DNA of 64,000 bases, taken from Octopus vulgaris (taxonomy: Eukaryota). The stretch covers positions 14,074,001 to 14,138,000 of the forward strand of contig OX597828.1 in NCBI GenBank assembly GCA_951406725.2, read 5' to 3'. Below the pieces are notes generated by a model, which had not been told where the DNA came from, ran no database searches, and worked only from the letters and a program-made list of their open reading frames with translations. Shown here piece by piece: positions 60,645 through 64,000 of this stretch. The position numbers were made by a program, and so were the translations under genes. The number at the start of each line of letters is the position of its first letter. Within the stretch, counting starts at the first letter, position 1.

Positions 60645-61040
60645 GTGAGTATCTGAAAGATGCAATATGTTTGCAGTTTAATTTTACAGTCACATAGTTG
60701 TTACAGCATGTGGACTTTATCCGCTTGGCTGTACTTATTAAATTTGAATGAAAATTTTCAAATTTGGTCTATTGATGTAATTTTTCACGTTAAATCTCAG
60801 GGCCTAATTTACTTGACGTACTTGTTTCAGAAAATTTTTTTTAAATTATGAGGTTTAAAGTTTGATCATTTTTACCCAGTCAGACAACAGGATTTGGAAG
60901 CTGTCATTCTGTGCGTGACAAAACAATAATGTCAACATTACGACGATAGCATGTGTTTTAAGCATTTAGTAATCAAAAATGACCAAAAAATGAATAAATG
61001 ACACATAATTTGTAGTTTTAAGCATTCAGTATGCCTTTAA

Positions 61041-61245
61041 CCCTTTCGTTACCAACCTGGTTCTGAGATACAAATGTCTTGTTTTCATAAGTTTTGAATT
61101 AAAATCTTCCTCCAAACCTTAGTCACAATTTATGTTCCTAATACTAGCTGAAAGATAACAAAGTTATTTTACTAAATTCTTTGTTATATTTAAAGTAATT
61201 GAAAGAAATACAGAGCATCTCAAAATAAATACAGTAACAAAAGGT
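61041..61245. mobile_element. piggyBac-type MITE
   Basis: TTAA|ccctttcgttac ... gtaacaaaaggt|TTAA. Confidence 0.75.
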
Positions 61246-61252
61246 TTAATGT

Positions 61253-61470
61253 AAGGCGGCGAGCTGGCAGAAACATTAGCATGCCAGATGAAATGCTTAG
61301 TGGTATTTCATGTCTTTACATTCTGAGTTCAAATTCCGCTGAGGTCAACTTTGCCTTTCATCCTTTCGAGCTCAATACATTATGTGCCAGTTGCATACTG
61401 GAGTCAATCTAATCAACTGGCCCCCTTCCCAAAAATTTCAAGGCCTTGTGCCTAGAGTACAAAAGAATAT
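61253..61470 (+). mobile_element. SINE family B (CpG-decayed)
   Basis: Family match. Confidence 0.82.
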
Positions 61471-62408
61471 GCCTTTAATGTGAAAGAACAAGTGAAACAC
61501 ATATCTGTTGGAGCAGAGAAAACAATCCGGTTCGGAAAAAAAAAAGAGTAAACAGCACATTTTGTAGTCCAGTTAATGAAAAATGAAAGTTTTACAATGC
61601 ACTCAAGTAATATTTCAGACAAATTACAATTTTCATATCTCCTGCGCCACATAAACTCTCAGAGATATGAGTCAACCATAGAACGGTGAGTACCACTGTA
61701 CCATTTACTATCTCGCTTTACTTTCCATTAGTTGCGTGTGGATGCCATCTTTCAATTTAATAAACCCAACGCTCTGATTGGCAAATGAGTTCATTACAGG
61801 AGTCCAGAACTCTCATGGGGAAAAAAATTTCACAGACAGGGAGCAACAGACTGCTAAGCAAGCTATACAACAGCTTGGCTTGTTACTATGGAAACAGTCA
61901 CTAATATGTCTGTGGCTTTTAATTGGCTAAAATTACCCTAAACTTGTAAACTTAAAAAGCTATTTACTGTTTATTTATTGATTTATGGCAAAAATAAATT
62001 TCAAGTCAATAATGAGCAATACAAAGCTGGCAAGGGTCAGCAAATAACTTGCAAGACAAAGATCCTTTGAGAAGGGAGGGAGTATTGGAGGAGGGGATCC
62101 TGTGCCAGATGGTGAAAGGTTAGAGTGTGACAGAGAATCAAAAACAGGTGCCTTGTAGAAATGATACATGGTTACCTGGTCAGAAAAAGAGAGAGAGTGA
62201 TCAAGAATGAAGACAGAAACAGGTGTGGTGCTGTGGAGGAGATACATGGTTAACCAGTCAGAGGGAGAGAGCAAGAGAATATATATATGTATATTTATAA
62301 ACATACATGTATGCATGTATATATATTTTCTCTTTGTCCATATATGTTCTGTGTGTATAGTAGTTGTAAGATAAAATAATGTAACACTGACTTATTCTGT
62401 TTTTTCAG

Positions 62409-62599
62409 ACTGACGTCACAGATGTAAGTCCAAAGACAGAGGAATCGGCAGCAGCGCTTGATGAAGAGTATGTTAACCCTGACGGTGATGTAGAGGCAGC
62501 TGAAAATACCATCCAGAGAAAATCGCTGACAGAGAAAGATGTTGGCATCACAGAATATATTGGAAAACACGAAGGATTCCATGCCATTTTTAAACAGAG
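62409..62599 (+). CDS. PUS7: Pseudouridylate synthase 7 homolog (TruD family), second coding exon; gene continues beyond the window
   Basis: Acceptor ttttcag|act and donor ag|gtgaac. The translation ends SLTEKDVGITEYIGKHEGFHAIFKQR, matching the PUS7 motif LTE.DVGIT.F.....GF.GILK.RYSDF. Confidence 0.92.
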
Positions 62600-62914
62600 G
62601 TGAACTACTGGACTCCATTTGGAAAGACTTCTGCCCATTCCCCCATTTTCTCCCAAATTTGTTCATTTAAAAAATTTTTTTTTTGCCAAAAATCCCTGTT
62701 TTCAGATACAGAGGTTCCAGAAAATTGCCAAAAATTGGCATTGTGAAAAATTCCCTCCCATCCTTTCCACCCCCAACTTCTTCAATTTTGACTTTCTTCC
62801 GCACACTAATCCTAAAACCCTAACCCTAACCATAACCATAACCCTAAAACCTTAACTGTAAGTACAGAAATGCTTTGAAATTTTTGTCCGAATCCTGATG
62901 TCCATATTTTTCCG

Positions 62915-63006
62915 TAACTGCTAAGTTACAGGGACGTAAACACACCAGCATCGGTTGTCAAGCGATGTTGGTGGTACAAACACAGACACACAAACATACA
63001 CACACA

Positions 63007-63048
<42 letters not shown>

Positions 63049-63217
63049 TATATACGACGGGCTTCTTTCAGTTTCCGTCTACCAAATCCTCTCACAAGGC
63101 TTTTGTTGGTTTTATGGCCCAAGGCTATAGTAGAAGACACTTGCCCAAGGTGCCACGCAGTGGGACTGAACCCGGAACCATGTGGTTGGTAAGCAAGCTA
63201 CTTACCACACAACCACT
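62915..63217 (-). mobile_element. SINE family A (3' truncated)
   Basis: Reverse complement of the consensus. Confidence 0.85.
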
Positions 63218-63255
63218 GCGAGTTTTTTTTTTAACATTATCATTGCTTAGATAAT

Positions 63256-63514
63256 CAGTGTTTCTCAACCATTTCTTTACCTATGGACCTCTTCAATTCC
63301 TATTTTACTCAACGGGTGGGACCCTCCTAGCCATTCAACGTCTAAAAACTCCCTATTCTAATTTTATGATTAAATATTATTAGGAATTGTATTTTAAAAA
63401 AAAAATGTTTTGTGTTTTGTAGAAGTAAAACCTTTGTTTATTGCAGATAAATTTTAACAACAAAATCTTACGTGGACCCCCAAGGGCCATTTGAACCCCA
63501 GTTGAGAACCACTG
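63256..63514. mobile_element. hAT-type MITE (same family as 50855)
   Basis: cagtgtttctcaac ... gttgagaaccactg TIRs and atggacc motifs. Confidence 0.78.
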
Positions 63515-63525
63515 GCAAAGATTAT

Positions 63526-63656
63526 GTGTAGTAGTAGTAGTAGTAGTAGTAGTAGTCATTGTAGTAGTGGTTGTGATAGTAGTAGTAGTAATCATTGTAG
63601 TAGTGGTTGTGGTAGTAGTAGTAGTCATTGTAGTAGTAGTAGTAGTAGTAGTAGTA
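63526..63656. repeat. (TAG)n-based microsatellite with higher-order unit
   Basis: Direct inspection. Confidence 0.9.
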
Positions 63657-64000
63657 AGCCTTCCAACGTAATCAGTGTCCTAACTAAATGTTCCCTAAGC
63701 AAAATTATTGGCCCTTTCTCCCTTAAAATCGTGCCCTACTCTCCTAAAAACAGAAGGCTACATTTAATAATTTAATCCTGGATATGCATTTTTTTGATAA
63801 AAGGTACGACGGGATAGCTATGGCTTGAATGCTATAGATTGTCAGTCCACTGGATCTGACTTGAGGTGACCTGGGGCTAAAGAACAACAGCTACAGTGGC
63901 TTTTATTTATTTATTTTTTGAGAAAGCACAAAGGCCTTATAATTGAAAAGTACTAGAAATGGGATGCTGTGATGTTCATGCACTTTTTTTTAGTCATGAA

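Noticed and set aside
62808-62856. True telomere or chromosome-fusion scar
   Set aside because: Only a few degenerate CCCTAA units inside an intron, similar to the MITE-internal tracts elsewhere.

Overview
AT-rich, repeat-dense eukaryotic DNA, most likely from an octopus or related cephalopod. This is inferred from the tRNA-derived CORE-type SINE repertoire and the extreme microsatellite load. Two divergently transcribed spliced genes can be rebuilt by hand. (1) A complete minus-strand gene: 8 coding exons, 28418->9, all GT-AG with consistent phases, about 987 aa. It encodes an N-terminal SAM-like module, a low-complexity linker, a SAMD3-like C-terminal domain and an added acidic/polyQ tail. 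(2) The first two coding exons of plus-strand PUS7 (60555-60644, 62409-62599). The rest is introns and intergenic DNA packed with at least four SINE families, Tc1/mariner/IS630 remnants (including a full-length DD41D element), Merlin, hAT, piggyBac and pogo-type MITEs, Helitrons, RTE and R4/Dong LINE fragments, palindromes and microsatellites. Most ORFs in the supplied track are artefacts of these repeats. Most notable observations: a probable transposon-derived domesticated gene, Merlin MITEs carrying telomere-like repeats, a 43-bp minimal Merlin element, combinatorial SINE head/tail modules, a covarying RNA structure in a direct-repeat element, and a CpG-retention domain between the two gene bodies. 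Family names are pattern recognition, not database hits.
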